Assembly: GCF_035084215.1 (NCBI RefSeq)
Contig: NW_027139666.1
Coordinates: 2,170,001 to 2,234,000 of the forward strand
From: Heptranchias perlo
Taxonomy: Eukaryota
DNA length: 64,000 bases
Direction of reading: 5' to 3'
Below, one piece after another: positions 23,954 through 38,245 of this stretch. The notes beneath the pieces are model-generated. The model saw nothing but the letters and a program-made list of their open reading frames with translations. It did not search any database and was not told the origin of the DNA. Made by a program: the position numbers and the translations under genes. Numbering within the stretch: the first letter of the stretch is position 1; each line of letters starts with the position of its first letter.

Positions 23954-25512
23954 CCACCTCCAGCTTTCTCCACCCGCCAAATTCAAACCGTTTATCGATA
24001 ATGGAACCGAAATACAGCGCTCCGCACAAACCCTTACAGACTCGGGCTTCATATTCAAGGATTCCCAGAATCCCGGAGCTTTTAAATAAACCCCGATACA
24101 ATTAACAATCAGTAATATTCCTGCATAAATACAATCCCTTCCATAACAAATTATCCCGCCTCCTTCCATTTCAGTCCCAGAACAGATTCTATCTCCCCAC
24201 ACATCCCCTCCCAGACCGGTTCAGCAGTTCACAAACACTTTATTCCAGCTGATTTGGAGAGTCTCATGTGTTGGAGTTTGAATTATGACGCGGATTTTCT
24301 TTGCCATTGTTACCGTCTCACAGGGACTCTCGCCCTGAATCTGTGAAAAGATTATGACCATGAACTGGGACGAGCCGAAAACATCCCGAGGTACAGTGAG
24401 GCCCTGAAATTCCATTCTCCCTGTTTTATATCGGAGAGTATCCCACCTTCATGTCCAGCAATAGAGAGCGAGAGAGAGACAAACACACTGTCAGTCTTAG
24501 ACTTTCTATCAGTGTGTTCCTATCAGGCTCAATTGCAGTATCCCACCTTGATACACAGCACCAGAGAGTGAGAGCGGGCGATCGACACGTTGAGAGGGAG
24601 ACCGTGGAGACCCAGTGACAGACAGACATACACAGTGTCAGTTTAAAACTGACTTGCAAAGTTCAGTTTCATCCAGAAGATCCCGTTGGAGAGACAGACG
24701 ATGCTATCTCATCTCTCACTGATATTGTACCAGAGGCAAACACACCATTAATCCCACACTCAGTGACAGTGTAGAGAGTGACAAAAACAATGGGCCACAT
24801 TTAACCCTCTCTTGCCTGTTGTACCATCTGCAGTTTTGCAGCTCAGGGCCGTTCGGTGTTCCTCTCAGTGACCGTGAGTTTCACTCCGATTAAATTAATC
24901 TGGGACTGTTGCTGTCGGATATTAATCCTACACGGTCCCAACAAACACACCGACTCACTCTTTCCTCCCATGCTTCTCCAGGATTGGTTTGAGAAATCCT
25001 CCCTCCAGTTTCTTCCTCTCCCGTCAGTTTTATCGGCAAGAGTCCAAGAATGAACAGAATCGATTGTCTAATTTCACAGCCGCCCACTTTAACTCTGAAA
25101 TACTCATTACCATCAAAAGATACCGAGAGAAACAACAGGGATGGAAACATCTCGTTTAATAGTTAGAGATTGTGAAGTCAGTCTGGATTCCAGCGTTAGG
25201 CACTGGTGGAATCCCATCTGTTTCCCATTCTGGTGCCTGTTCCTGCACTGCCTGTGGACCCCATTCCCTCTGACCTTTCCCCAAGACCCACTTCCTTTTC
25301 TCAGACTCTGAAAAATTCCAATTGGGGAAAGTTTCCATCGATTTTTGTTTTGGGGATTAAACCAGATATCTGCGCATGCGTGGCTCAGCCCCGCCCCCAG
25401 CCCGGATTGTTGGAGTGCAGAAGAGCGCATGCGCGCTCCCCTCCCCCAGCTCGGCCTGTGGGCGCCATTCGCTCAGTGAGCGGAAGAAGATGGTTGAAAA
25501 CAGCCGGGAATG
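23954..25512 (+). repeat. Direct duplicate of 38765-40300, ending in an NRF1-type promoter
   Basis: Colinear similarity (ORFs 25206 and 39995 are near-identical); both copies reach aacagccgggaatg. Confidence 0.9.
25371..25495 (+). promoter_or_regulatory. CpG promoter: two NRF1 palindromes, GC box
   Basis: tgcgcatgcg 25371, gccccgcccc, gcgcatgcgc 25425, aagatgg. Confidence 0.55.
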
Positions 25513-28500
25513 TTTATAAGTGTGGAATTAACTCTGCAACTGTCAGTCTCTGTTACTGCACATGAGTGTGGAATTTATTCTGTGTATGTCTGTGTGTGGA
25601 GCTGTGTGTGAGTGTGGGATTTATTCTGTATCTGTCAGTCTCTGGTACTGTTTTTGAGAGTACGGTTTATTCTGTGTCTGTCTATGGTACTGTATATGAG
25701 TGTGGATTTAATTCTGTATCTGACAGTACCTGATACTGTGTGTGAGTGTGAGGGTAATTCTGTATCTGTCAGTCTCTGATACTGGATATGAGAGTGGGGA
25801 TAATTCTGTATCTGTCAGTGTCTGATACTGTATATGAGACTGGGGTTTATTCTGTATCTGTCAGTCTCTTGTACTGTATATGAATGTGGTTTTTACTCTG
25901 TATCTGCCAGTCACTCGTACTGTTGATGAGTGTGGGGTTTATTCTGTATCTGTCAGTACCTGGTACTGTCTATGATGTGGGGTTGATTCCATATCTGTCT
26001 GTCTCTGGTACTGTATATGATTGTGGGTTGTTTCTGCATTTGTCAGTCTCTGGTACTGTGTGTGAGTGTGAGTTTCATTCTGTGCCTGTCAATCTCTGGT
26101 ACTCTACATGAGTGTGGGGTGTATTCTGTACCTGTCTGTTTATGGTGCTGCATGTGATTGTGGAGTTTATTCTGTATCGATCAGTCTCTGGTACTGTGTG
26201 TGAGTGTGGGGTTTATTCTGTATCTGTTAGTCTCTGGTACTGTAAATGAGTGTGGATTTTATTCTGCATCTGTCTGTCTCTGGTGCTATATGCGAGTTTG
26301 GGTTTTATTCTGTATCTGTCAGTCCCTGATACTGTATATGGGTTTGGAGTGTGCTCTGTATCTGTCAGTCTCTGGTACTGTATATCAGAGTGTGGGGTTT
26401 ATTCTGTATCTGTCAGTCTCTGGTACTGTACATGAATGTGGGATGTATTCTGCATTTGTCAGTCTTTGGTAATGTATATGAGTGTGGGGTTTATTCTGTA
26501 TTTGTCTGCCTCTGATACAGTATATGAGAGTGGGCTTTATTCTGTATTCGTCACTCTCTGATACTGTAAATGATTGTGCGGTTTACTCTGTAACTGTCTG
26601 TATCTGGTACTGTACATGAATGTGGGGTTTATTCTGTATTTGTCAGTCTCTGGTACTGTATATGAGATTGGGGTTTATTCTGTATTCGTCACTCTGATAC
26701 TGTATATGAGAGTGGGGTTTATTCTGTATTCGTCACTGCTACTGTATGATTGTGGGGTTTACTCTGTATCTGCCTGTCTCTGGTACTGTACATGAATGTG
26801 GGATTCATTCTGTTTTTGTCAGTCTCTGATACTGTATATGAGAATGGGGTTTATTCTATATTTTCAGTCTTCTGATACTGTATATGGATTGTGGGGTTTA
26901 TTCTGCATCTGTTGTCTCTGGTGCTATATGCGAGCTTCGATTTTATTCTGTATCTGTCAGTCTCAGATACTGCATATGAGTGTGGGCTTTATTCTGTACC
27001 TGTCAGTCTCTGGTACTGTGTGTGAGTCTGGGGTTTATTCGGTATCTGTCAGTCTCTGGTACTTTACCTCAGTGTGGGATTCATTCTGCAATTCAGTCTT
27101 TATTCCTTTTTCAGTTGACATTATTTTATTGAAAACTATATCTTTAATACTTTATGTCATATGCAGTTTTTCATCGAGTGTTTTATTTGTAAATATGGAT
27201 TCACTTTTCGATTTTCTCCAAAGAACTTATGTGAGTGTTGGCGTAGCGTTACATCTTAATCTCTGAACTCTATTGTTAATGATAATGTACCTTTCAATCT
27301 GTTCATGGTGGAATTATTGGACTGGAATGTAATGTGTAGCTCAGTCGAAAATAATGCGATTAATTCTGTATCTCAGTCTGACATTGTATGTGATTTTTGG
27401 ACTCCAATGTAATATGTAGTTCATCCTGCACTAATGGAATTTCGACTGTATCTATCAGTTTGATCCTGTATAAGATTTTTGGAGCGGAATGTGATGTGAT
27501 GTGTAGCTCAGTCTGCACTAGTGGAATTGATACTGTCTCTACCAGTCTGTTACTGTAGGAGAATTTTGGACAGGTGTGTAACATGTAGCTCAGTACGTGC
27601 TAATGGAATTGATATTGTATCTTTCAATCTGATGCTGTAAGATTTTTGGATTGTCAAGTTATGTGTAACTCAGTCTGAAGTAATGTGACTATGAGATTCA
27701 TTCTGTTCCTGTCAGTCTCTGGCACTGTGTGTGAATTTGGGATTCATTCCATATCTGTTAATCTCTGGTGATGTATGTGAGTGAGACATTAATTCCGTTT
27801 CCATCAATCTCTGATACTGTAATGAGTGATATAAATTATGTATCTATCAGTCACTGGTACATTGTGTGAGTGAGGCATTCATTCTCTCTGTCAGTCTCTG
27901 CCACTGGGTCTGAGTATGAGATTCATTCTTTATCTGTATCTAATTTGTATCTCAGTTCAGAGTATAGCATTCAAAACTGTATCTTTAATACCTAAATGAA
28001 TAATATTTTTCCCAGTATTTAAGTGGTAGATAATGATACTTTTTTAAATGTAATGCCGTAGGGTATAATTAGATAATGTGTGCACTTTTTAGACGACTAT
28101 TAATTCTGTATCTATGTGAAAACAATTGTGAATTAGTGTATCTTCCAAACTGATATGGTGACATTTTCGAACTTCTATATAATGTTTAGCTCAATCTGCA
28201 TGAATGGAGAATATATATTTCAGTCTGAATCTTTATCAGTTTTTTTATAGTTGTATATAATGCGTCCCTCAGTCTGCACTAATGGATTTAATGATGTACC
28301 TTACAATCTGACACCAAGAGATTTTTGGACCGGTACATAATGTGTAACTGAGTCTGCATTTGGTATCTCTCAGTCTGCACTACTGGAGGCAACTGTGAGA
28401 TTCATTTCGTATCTCTCAGTTGCTGGTACTGTGTGTGAGTGTGGGATTCATTCTGTATCTGTCAGTGGTGTGTGTGAGTTGTCAGTTCATTCGATACATG

Positions 28501-30540
28501 CAGTCTCTGATACTGTATGAGTGTGGGATTTATTCTGTGTCTGCCAGTCTCCAGTACTGTATGTGGGTGTTGAATTCACTTTATATATGCAGTTTCTCAT
28601 ATTCCGTGTTAGTGTGGGATTGATTCTGTAATCTGGTACAATATCTGATTGTGGGATTCATTCTGAATATACAATCTCTGGTACTGTGTGTGAGTGCAGG
28701 GTTCATTGTGTTTTTGTCAGTCTCTGGTATTGTGAGTTAGTGTGGGATTCATTCTGTATTTCTCAGTCTCCGGTACTGTGTGTGAGTGTGGGATTCATTC
28801 TGTTTTTGTCACTCCCTCGCACTCCATGTGCGTGTGGGATTCATTCTTAAAATACATTACCTAGTATTGTGTCTGGTTGTTGAATAATTATATAAATGCA
28901 GTTTCTTTTCCTCTATGTGTATGGGATTCATTCTTTATATACAGTCTCTGGTATTGAGTATGGGTGTTGAATTCTCTCTATATATATATGTAGTTTCTTA
29001 TACTCTATGTGAGTGTGGGATTCAGTCTGTATCTCTCAGCCTCTGGTACTGTGTGAGTGTAGGATTCATACTTTATCTGTCAGTCTCTGGTACATTATGA
29101 GAGTGAGGGATTCATTCTCTATCTGTCAACTGTGGTACCATACATGAGTGTGAGATTCAATCTGTATCCGTTTTTATTTATTCTCTCGGATTACATTATA
29201 GCTACTGTAGCTTTAATATCTCAATGTTTAATCAGTTTTTCTCATTATTTAATTGGTAAATATGGATAAACTTTAGGAGTTGGTGCTGGAGGTTTTTAAA
29301 TCAGATAATTGGTGTGCTCTTTGGACGACTATTAAATCAGGATCTCTGTGAGTACTATTGTGAATGATAACATATATTTCAAACTGATGGTGATTTTTGA
29401 ATTGGTATATAATGTGCAGCTCAGTCTGTACTAATGGATACGAAACTATAACTTTCAGTCTAATATTGTGAGATTTTTGGACTGGTATGTAATGTGTATC
29501 TCAATCTGCACTAATAGAATTGATACTGTATCTTTGCATCTCATACTATGAGTGTATTATAAACTGATATCTAATTTGTTTCTCAGGTTACACTGTCACA
29601 GCATTTCTCAATCTGATATTGTATGAGAGTTTTGGACTTGTCTGCAATTTGTCTCTCATGATACACTATTCGAATGGATACTGCGTGTATTAAACTTACA
29701 TGTGTGAGATTTGTAACTCAGTCTGCAGTAATGTGACTGTGAGATTAATTCTGTATCTTTCAGTCTGTGGTACTGTGTGTGAGTGTGGGATTTATTCTGT
29801 ATCTGCCAGTCTCTGGTACTGTATGTGAGTGTGGGATTCATTTTGTATCTGTCAGTCTCTGGTATTGCTTGTGAGTGTGGGATTCATTCTGTATCTGTCA
29901 GTCTCTGGTAATTTGTGTGAGTATGAAATTCATTCTGTATCTGTCACTCTCTGGTACTGTGTGTTCGTGTGAGATTCATTTTGCATCTGTCAGTCTGTGG
30001 TACTATATGTGAGTGAGGGATTTATTCTGTACCTGTCAGCCTCTGGTACTGTATGTGAGTTTGGGATTCATTCTGTTTCTGTCAGTCCCTGGTACTATAT
30101 GTGAGTTTGGGATTCATTCTATATCTGTATGTAATTTTTCTCTCAGATTACATTATGATGTTGAAAACTATAATTTAAATAATTTAATCCTGACATAGTT
30201 TTTCTCATGATTTAATTGGTAAATATGGATACACTTTAGGATATGATGTAGGTTTTAGTCAGATAATGTGTGCACTTTTTGGACTGCTCTTAAATCTGTG
30301 TCTCTGTGAGCACAATTTTGAGTGACAATATATATTTCTAACTGATATGGTGACATTTTTGAACTGGTATAGTATCTATAATGTGTACTTCAGTCTACAA
30401 TAATGGAATTGATACTATATCCCTCAATCTAATACTGTATGAGATGTTTGGACTGGTATGTAATGTGTATCTCAGTCTGTACTAATAGAATTGATACTGT
30501 ATCTTTACATCTCATAATATAAGTGTATTATAAACTGGTA
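25513..30540 (-). repeat. Composite satellite block: 46-bp and 82-bp units with AT-rich spacers
   Basis: 46-mer gagtgtgggattcattctgtatctgtcagtctctggtactgtgtgt; 82-mer tttttggactggtatgtaatgtgtagctcagtctgcactaatggaattgatactg... Confidence 0.92.
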
Positions 30541-31852
30541 TCTAATTTGTTTCTCAGGTTACACTCACACAGCATTTCTCAATCTGATACTGTGTGTGAG
30601 TTCTGGGCTAGTATTCAATTCGAATCTCAGGGTACATTATTGGGATTCGTTCTGTACCTCTTCAATCAGGTACCATGTGTGATTTCGATCTAGTATTTAA
30701 TGTTGTCCTATTGAGAGATTGACGCATGCTTTTCAATCGAAGAGTGTGATTTTGGACTGGGATTTTTGTATCTCCCTGTCAGTTTGGGGGAAATGGAACA
30801 GCATCTACTTCACCTGCTCTGTTTGACAGTTGGATTGAAAATGTATCTCTGGAACTTGGGAACAGTGTGGGACTGACTACTTCTGCTGTCTGAGACTGTG
30901 GAACTGATGACCTGTCTGTGACTCCATGCTCTCTGTGAGTGATAATGAATCTACTGTGTGTGAGAAGGAGCTGGCTGCACTGTTCCTTCTGCTTTGGCTG
31001 GAGGAAACATCACATTTATTCTGGGTCCTTCAAGGATTTGCCTGCAGAAATAAAATAATCTCTCAGTACTCAAGAACAGGTGAGGTAGAAAATACAGAAG
31101 TGATCAGTTTAATATCTCTGTTAATGATCATTTTGAATATCGACAAATGAAAACCAGCGATACAAACAATATCAGTGTCCGACTCCACTGCAGTACTGCA
31201 GCACTCAGCTTCTGCACACCAGGTGTGTTGGGCGATTTTTTAAACAATGACATCCAGACACAAACCAAACCCTCCACTGATCCAGAAATGGGACTACCCG
31301 AAGGGGCGGGGACTTTTGTACAGGCCTGGTTTCTAATCCCCTCTCCCATGGGACTAACCGTTTAACCGAAACCAAACAGCCGCTGTTTAAAATGTGTCCT
31401 TCACACTTCTCATCTGGTGCCTGCAATAGATGCTCTTTGGATAACTCCCCACATCCTTACTGTCCGGCGCTGTTTCCACTCTTCACTGTCCAATAACAAC
31501 AAACAGGGTGAGGCTGGAACTAAACCAGGAACATTCACTACTGGTTTGGGGAGAGAAAGCAGCAATGATTTTAAATAGCAGATTCTTCCCATTCTCTCTC
31601 CCTTACCCTGGACACACCCTGTACACACACAGCCCGAGAATGACCTCTCCCTTCCCCCGCTCAATCCATTTTCCGGGACCAGTTCCTGATCCACTCCGCC
31701 TCCTACAAACAGCCCCCGGACTCCCGCTGCCCTTCCCCCGGACTCAATGCCGATCTCTCAGCCCATCTGCGGACACGGTCCCAAAGAGATGATCTGCTTT
31801 ATGCGAGGCTGCTCTTTGCTCCCTTCCCCCGGGGGCCGTGATCACTCCATTC
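30540..31852 (-). repeat. Module copy A (inverted homolog of 40296-41720)
   Basis: ORFs 31410/31508 mirror 40453/40355 on opposite strands. Confidence 0.9.
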
Positions 31853-32179
31853 AGCTATTAATCTCCCGTCCCACACACTCTCCCTCCTTGACAGGTCCTC
31901 TCTATTTGAAATCCTTATTAATCGCAGCCTCTATTTTTTCTAGTTTTCTCTCCTGAAGGTGCTGAGTGATGGTGGGGTTCGGGCCCAGTCACTCTTTGCC
32001 CTCCAGTTCCCGGCCAAGTGGTAATTCTGCACTTGTGAGCCTTCACAGCGAGCAGTCGGCATTTCAACCATGGGGAGCAGCACAGCCGCAGAACCTGGCT
32101 GATTCTGTCCGGCAAAGCTGAGGGCAACGGGAACAGATCAACAACAACCTGCATTTACAATGAGCGGAGTCTCAGCACG

Positions 32180-32500
32180 ACTGAGTGCGGCTCAGGCCCG
32201 GAATCAGAGCCGGGGTGCCCGGCGGGCGGGCGGGCGGGCTCCCCGGGATCCATCAAACCCCTCATCCAACGCCTCCCCCGTACAACCCGCCGCTACCCTG
32301 TTTCTTCTCCCGTTTCGACCGAGTCCGACTCGCGACAAACGACAGGGCCGAGGCGATCTGGAATGCAAGTCAGCCTTAGGAGCATGCGCAGTCTGATCAG
32401 GAAGTGAGCGCCTTGTAGAGACAGAGGGGTTTCTGTAGCGCGGGGGATTGTGGGGCCTGCGGCCGCCATTACTCGCCGGGTGTTGGTCAGTGCCCGCGTC
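32180..32500 (-). promoter_or_regulatory. CpG-island-like promoter (NRF1, ETS and YY1 motifs)
   Basis: GC/CpG-rich; agcatgcgca 32381, caggaagtg 32398, ggccgccatt 32461. Confidence 0.5.
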
Positions 32501-32582
32501 CCCAACAGAACTGTGTCGTGAAATACAGACTGAGGAATCCAGAACGGGTTCACTGAACAGACACTGACCGTACAATGTAGAA

Positions 32583-33320
<738 letters not shown>

Positions 33321-34460
33321 TCCACCCCAGAGGGCTGTGGATGTTCAGTCGTTGAGTGTATTCAAGATTGAGTTTGATAGATTTTTGGACTTGGAAATCA
33401 AGGGATATGGGGATAGGGCGGTAAAGTGGAGTTGAGGTTCAAGATCAGCCATGATCTATTGATTGGTGGAGCAGGCTCGAGGCGCCGTATGACCTATTCC
33501 TGCTCATATTTCTTATGTTCTTATCCTGCCAGGGGTACGGTGCCCAGAACTGAACACAGTAATCTAAATAAGCTCTAACCAGAGCTCTGTATAACTGTGA
33601 CATAACTTCCATTTTTTTTATTCCAGATCTCTTGAGATAATGATCAAAATTCCATTACCATTTTAATTTTTTTGCACCTTTTCGTGAATTCTGTACTTGG
33701 TCCCATAAATTTCACTGCTCATCCGCAGTTCCTGGTTTCCTGCCATTTAGAAAATACTCTAATCTATATTTTTATGATCCAAAGTGGATGATCTCATACG
33801 TCCCCACGTTGAACTCCATCTGCCACAGTTTTGCCCACTCACTGAATCTATCAATGACCCTTTGCAGCTTTCTGCTCCCATCTACAATGTTAATTGTGCC
33901 ACCTAACTTAGTCTCATCAGCACACTTGGATATAAGGCTCTCTACATAAGAACGTAAGAAATAGGAGCAGGAGTAGGCCATACGGCCCCACGAGCCCTCT
34001 CTGCCATTCAATCAGATCAGGGCTGATCTTCGACCTCAACTTCACTTTCCCTCCTGATCCCCATATCCCTTGATTCCCCGAGTTTCCAATAATCTATCGA
34101 TCGCAGATTTGAATATAATCAAACACTGAGCATCCACATTCCTCTGGGGTAGAGAATTCCAAAGATTCACAATCCTTTGAATGAAGAAATTTTTCATCAT
34201 GTCGTTCCTAAATGGCCGACCACTTATCTTGTGACTACAAGCTTCAGTTCTTGACTCTCCAGCCAGGGGAATCAGCCTCTCAGCATCTACCCTGTCAAGA
34301 CGTCTAAGAATGTTATACATTTCAATGATATCAGCTCTCATTCTTCTATCTCCACAGAATATAGGCCAATTTTACACAATATTTCCTCATACGACAATTG
34401 CAGCAAGACCTCCTTACTCTTATATTCCAACACCCATACAATAAAGGCTACCATATCATT
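33321..34460. mobile_element. Cluster of CR1 fragments (one +, two -)
   Basis: ISKCADETKLGG..WAKLWQMEFN; FFIQRIVNLWNSLP. Confidence 0.85.
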
Positions 34461-34673
34461 TGCTTTCCTCACTCTCATTAGACCCTTTGTAGCTCACTAT
34501 TTCCAGCATGTTTTTCCTCTGTTCCTTTTATAGTGAAAAGAAAAGAAGGCTGAAATCATTTTACTATAATTACACCCGTTTATGTTTTGGAAACAATATC
34601 CAACTGAACTGTATCAAATTCGATTGCAAACTTAAGAGTTTATGAAGGAAATAAACTAATATGAACACTTAAT

Positions 34674-34745
34674 TAAGATGGCCGGGAATGGAACCCGAAT
34701 CAACTGCTTAGAATGCAGTTATGCTCACCACTATGCCACCATCGC
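34674..34745 (-). pseudogene. tRNA-Gly(TCC)-derived pseudogene, anticodon now TCT
   Basis: GCGATGGTGGCATAGTGGTGAGCATAACTGCATTCTAAGCAGTTGATTCGGGTTCCATTCCCGGCCATC aligns to vertebrate tRNA-Gly-TCC; B box and acceptor end are damaged. Confidence 0.8.
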
Positions 34746-35267
34746 TGACAATGCACGATATTAAAATAGTTGACAAACACCAGACCCTGAACAGACACTG
34801 CAGGCTGTTGGATTTTTTCTTCATTTAAACTGGTTTCTGACGGATCCTTGCTCGCTCTGTTGCAGTACCCGTATCCGCCCAGTAGATGTCGCCAACCCCC
34901 CAATCAATGGAAATTACACACCAGCCAGGAATCCTTCTCCTGATATCGGCAGCATCACCCATTTAGTGAGGTTAAATAATTACATTAAATTACGGAGACC
35001 TGACTACCAGCTGGGCACGACTGGCTGCTTAATATTCAACTCTATAAGATCTTTATAAAGGACAGAGAAGTAGGGAAAGGAGGGGGAGCAGAAATGTTGC
35101 TCAAGGACAGTTGAAAGATTGTATATCAATGAGGGTGAGCGGGCAGTGTAAACACTCTGAGAGAGACCCATCACAAATGCCCCCACTGTACTCCCCCAGA
35201 AGGTATAAAAAGGGCGAGTGCTGGAGATTTCTTTATTCTGCATGAAAGTATTTGTGAGATTGTGGAA

Positions 35268-35637
35268 ATGTCTGGAAGAGGAAAAACCGGCGGTAAAGCT
35301 CGGACCAAGGCCAAGCCTCGCTCATCCCGGGCCGGACGCTAATTCCCTGTGGGCCGTGTTCACAGGCTCCTGCGAAAGGGGAACTATGCTGAACGTATGG
35401 GTGCCGGAGCCCCGGTCTATCTGGCTGTTGTGCTCGAGTATCTGGCGGCTGGAATCCTCGAGCTGCCGGCAACGCGACCATCGATAACAAGAAGACCCGC
35501 ATCATCCCCAGACATCCGCAACAACGAGGAGCTCGACAAGGTGTTGGGAGGGGTGACCAACGCTCAGGGTGTTGCCAGATATCCAGGCCGTGCTGCTGCC
35601 GAAGAAAATCAGCATTGTCAGCTCCAAGAGCAAGTAA
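35268..35637 (+). pseudogene. H2A: Histone H2A pseudogene
   Basis: atgtctggaagaggaaaa..[16 protein letters not shown]..; several deletions and frameshifts; stem-loop displaced to ~38205. Confidence 0.92.
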
Positions 35638-35669
35638 AGCGGCCAAGAGTAAATCTGATAACCCGAAGG

Positions 35670-38201
35670 ACAGGACCAACCTTATTGAATTATTTGAAGA
35701 AGGAATAGAAAGTGTATACAAGTTTAATGCAGTCGATGCAATATATTTGGATTTTCCGAAGGCCTTCGATAAGTTACCGCATTGTAGACTCATGGGTAAG
35801 TTCAGAGCACGTGGAGTCAGGGGACAGGTGGCAGAATGGATAGCAAGTTCGCTACAAAACAGAAAACTAAAAATAGAGGTTAGGGGTCGCTACTCAGACT
35901 GGCAAAAGGTGGGAAGTGATGTTCCAGTTGCTGGGACCACTGTTCATCACAATTTACATTAACGATTTGGATTCGGGAATCGGAAGTACAATTCCAAAAT
36001 TTGTGGACGACACCAAATTGGGGGATATAGTTAATACAAAGGAAGAATGCATCAAAATGGAAGAGGACATTAATAAACTTGCAGATTGAAGAATAAGGTG
36101 ATCACACACTGCTTGGATAATAAGAGTCTAAACGGGATAGAGGAGCAAAGGGATCCAGTGGTTAGATATACAAATTACAAGAAGTAGCGACGCAGGTCAA
36201 TAAGGTCACAAAAAGAAAACTCAAACACGAGGATTCACTTCTTCTGAGATAGAATGGAAAAGCAAAGAAGTTATTTTAAACATGTATGGAAACTTGTTTA
36301 GACCAAACTTGAAGTATTGTGCACAATTCTGGTCTCCATGTGTAGTGGGTAAGTTGTTAGAGGGTATTCTGAGGGACAGGATTTACAGGCATTTGGAGAG
36401 GCAGGGACTAATTAGGAACAGTCAGCATGGTTTTGTGAGAGGAAAATCATGTCTCACGAATTTGATTGAGTTTTTTGAAGGGGTAACCAAGAAGATAGAT
36501 GAGGGCTGTGCAGGAGACGTGGTCTACATGGACTTCAGCAAAGCATTTGACAAGGTACCGCATGGTAGGTTGTTACATAAGGTTAAATCTCATGGGATCC
36601 AAGGTGAGGTAGCCAATTGGATACAAAATTGGCTTGACGACAGAAGGTTGTTTTTCAAACTGGATGCCTGTGTCCAGCGGTGTGCCTCAGGGATCGGTGC
36701 TGGGTCCGCTGTTATTTGTTATTTATATTAATGATTTGGATGAGAATTTAGGAGGCATGGTTAGTAAGTTTGCAGATGACACCAAGATTGGTGGCATTGT
36801 GGACAGTGAAGAAGGTTATCTGGGATTGCAACGGGATCTTGATCAATTGGGCCAGTGGGCCGATGAATGGCAGATGGAGTTTAATTTAGATAAATGTGAG
36901 GTGATGCATTTTGGTAGATCGAATCGGACCAGGACCTACTCCGTTAATGGTAGGGCGTTGGGGAGAGTTATAGAACAAAGAGATCTAGGAGTACAGATTC
37001 ATAGCTCCTTGAAAGTGGAGTCACAGGTGGATAGGGTGGTGAAGAAGGCATTCGGCATGCTAGGTTTCATTGGTCAGAACATTGAATGCAGGAGTTGGGA
37101 TGTCTTGTTGAAGTTGTACAGGGCATTGGTGAGGCCACACTTGGAGTACTGTGTACAGTTCTGGTCACCCTATTATAGAAAGGATATTATTAAACTAGAA
37201 AGAGTGCAGAAAAGATTTACTAGGATGCTACCGGGACTTGATGGTTTGACTTACAGGGAGAGGTTAGACAGACTGGGACTTTTTTCCCTGGAGAGCAGGA
37301 GGTTAAGGGGTGATCTCATAGAAGTCTATAAAATAATGAGGGGCATAGATAAGGTCGACAGTCAAAATCTTTTCCCAAAGGTAGGGGAGTCTATAACGAG
37401 GGGGCATAGATTTAAGGTGAGAGGGGAGAGATACAAAAGGGTCCAGAGGGGCAATTTTTTCACTCAAAGGGTGGTGAGTGTCTGGAACGAGCTGCCAGAG
37501 GCAGTAGTAGAGGCGGGTACAATTTTGTCTTTTAAAAAGCATTTGGACAGTTACATGGGTAAGATGGGTATAGAGGGATATGGGCCAAGTGCAGGCAATT
37601 GGGACTAGCTTAGTGGTATAAACTGGGCGACATGGACATGTTGGGCCGAAGGGCCTGTTTCCATGTTGTAACTTCTATGATTCTATGATTCTATATTATA
37701 GAAAGGACGGAGAGGGATTGGAGAAGGTGCAAAAACGATTCTCATAATACGAGAAATGAGAGAATATTCTTATCAGGAAATGCTGGGTGTGTTTTCTCTG
37801 GAAAAGTGAAGGCTGAGGGGTGACCTGATAGAGATCTTGCGATAGGGTTTCATGTGTTAGATATGGAGAACATGTTTCGACTTGTGGGAAGTCCAAAACT
37901 AAAGGTAATAAAAATAAAATAGTCGCTAATAAATCCACTAGGGAATTCAGGAGAAACTGATTTACCCAAAGAGTGGATGGAATGTGGAAAACGCGACCAC
38001 AAGCAGTAGTTGAGTTAAATAGCACTGATCCATTCAAGGGGAAGCTGGATTAACACATGAGGAAGGAAGGAGTCGAAGGTTATTCTGACAGAGTTAGATA
38101 AATTAGGGGGGGAGGAGGATCGAGTGGAGCATAAACGCCGGCACAGACCAGTCGGGCCCGATGGCCTGTTTCAGTGCCTTTGTTTCGATGTAACTCGATG
38201 T
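35670..38201 (+). mobile_element. Old CR1 inserted in the H2A 3' UTR
   Basis: NLIE..VDAIYLDFPKAFDKLPH; resumes after the inner insert at YRKD; tail tcgatgtaactcgatgt. Confidence 0.85.
36340..37694 (+). mobile_element. Young 5'-truncated CR1 nested in the older CR1
   Basis: Two long open frames (149 and 324 aa) with QHGF, YMDFSKAFDKV, GVPQGSVLGP, FADD; (ttctatga)n tail; splits the host at WSP|YYRK. Confidence 0.93.
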
Positions 38202-38204
38202 AAA

Positions 38205-38245
38205 GGCTCCTTTCAGAGCCATCCACTGTATCTGTGAAAGGGCTG
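38205..38245 (+). terminator. Orphaned histone stem-loop + HDE of the H2A pseudogene
   Basis: ggctcctttcagagcc atccac..gaaagggctg, homologous to the H2A 3' ends at 47955 and 54190. Confidence 0.85.

Noticed and set aside
24630-24790. RSS-like cacagtg and acaaaaaca
   Set aside because: Heptamer-nonamer spacing is neither 12 nor 23 bp, and there are no V/J segments
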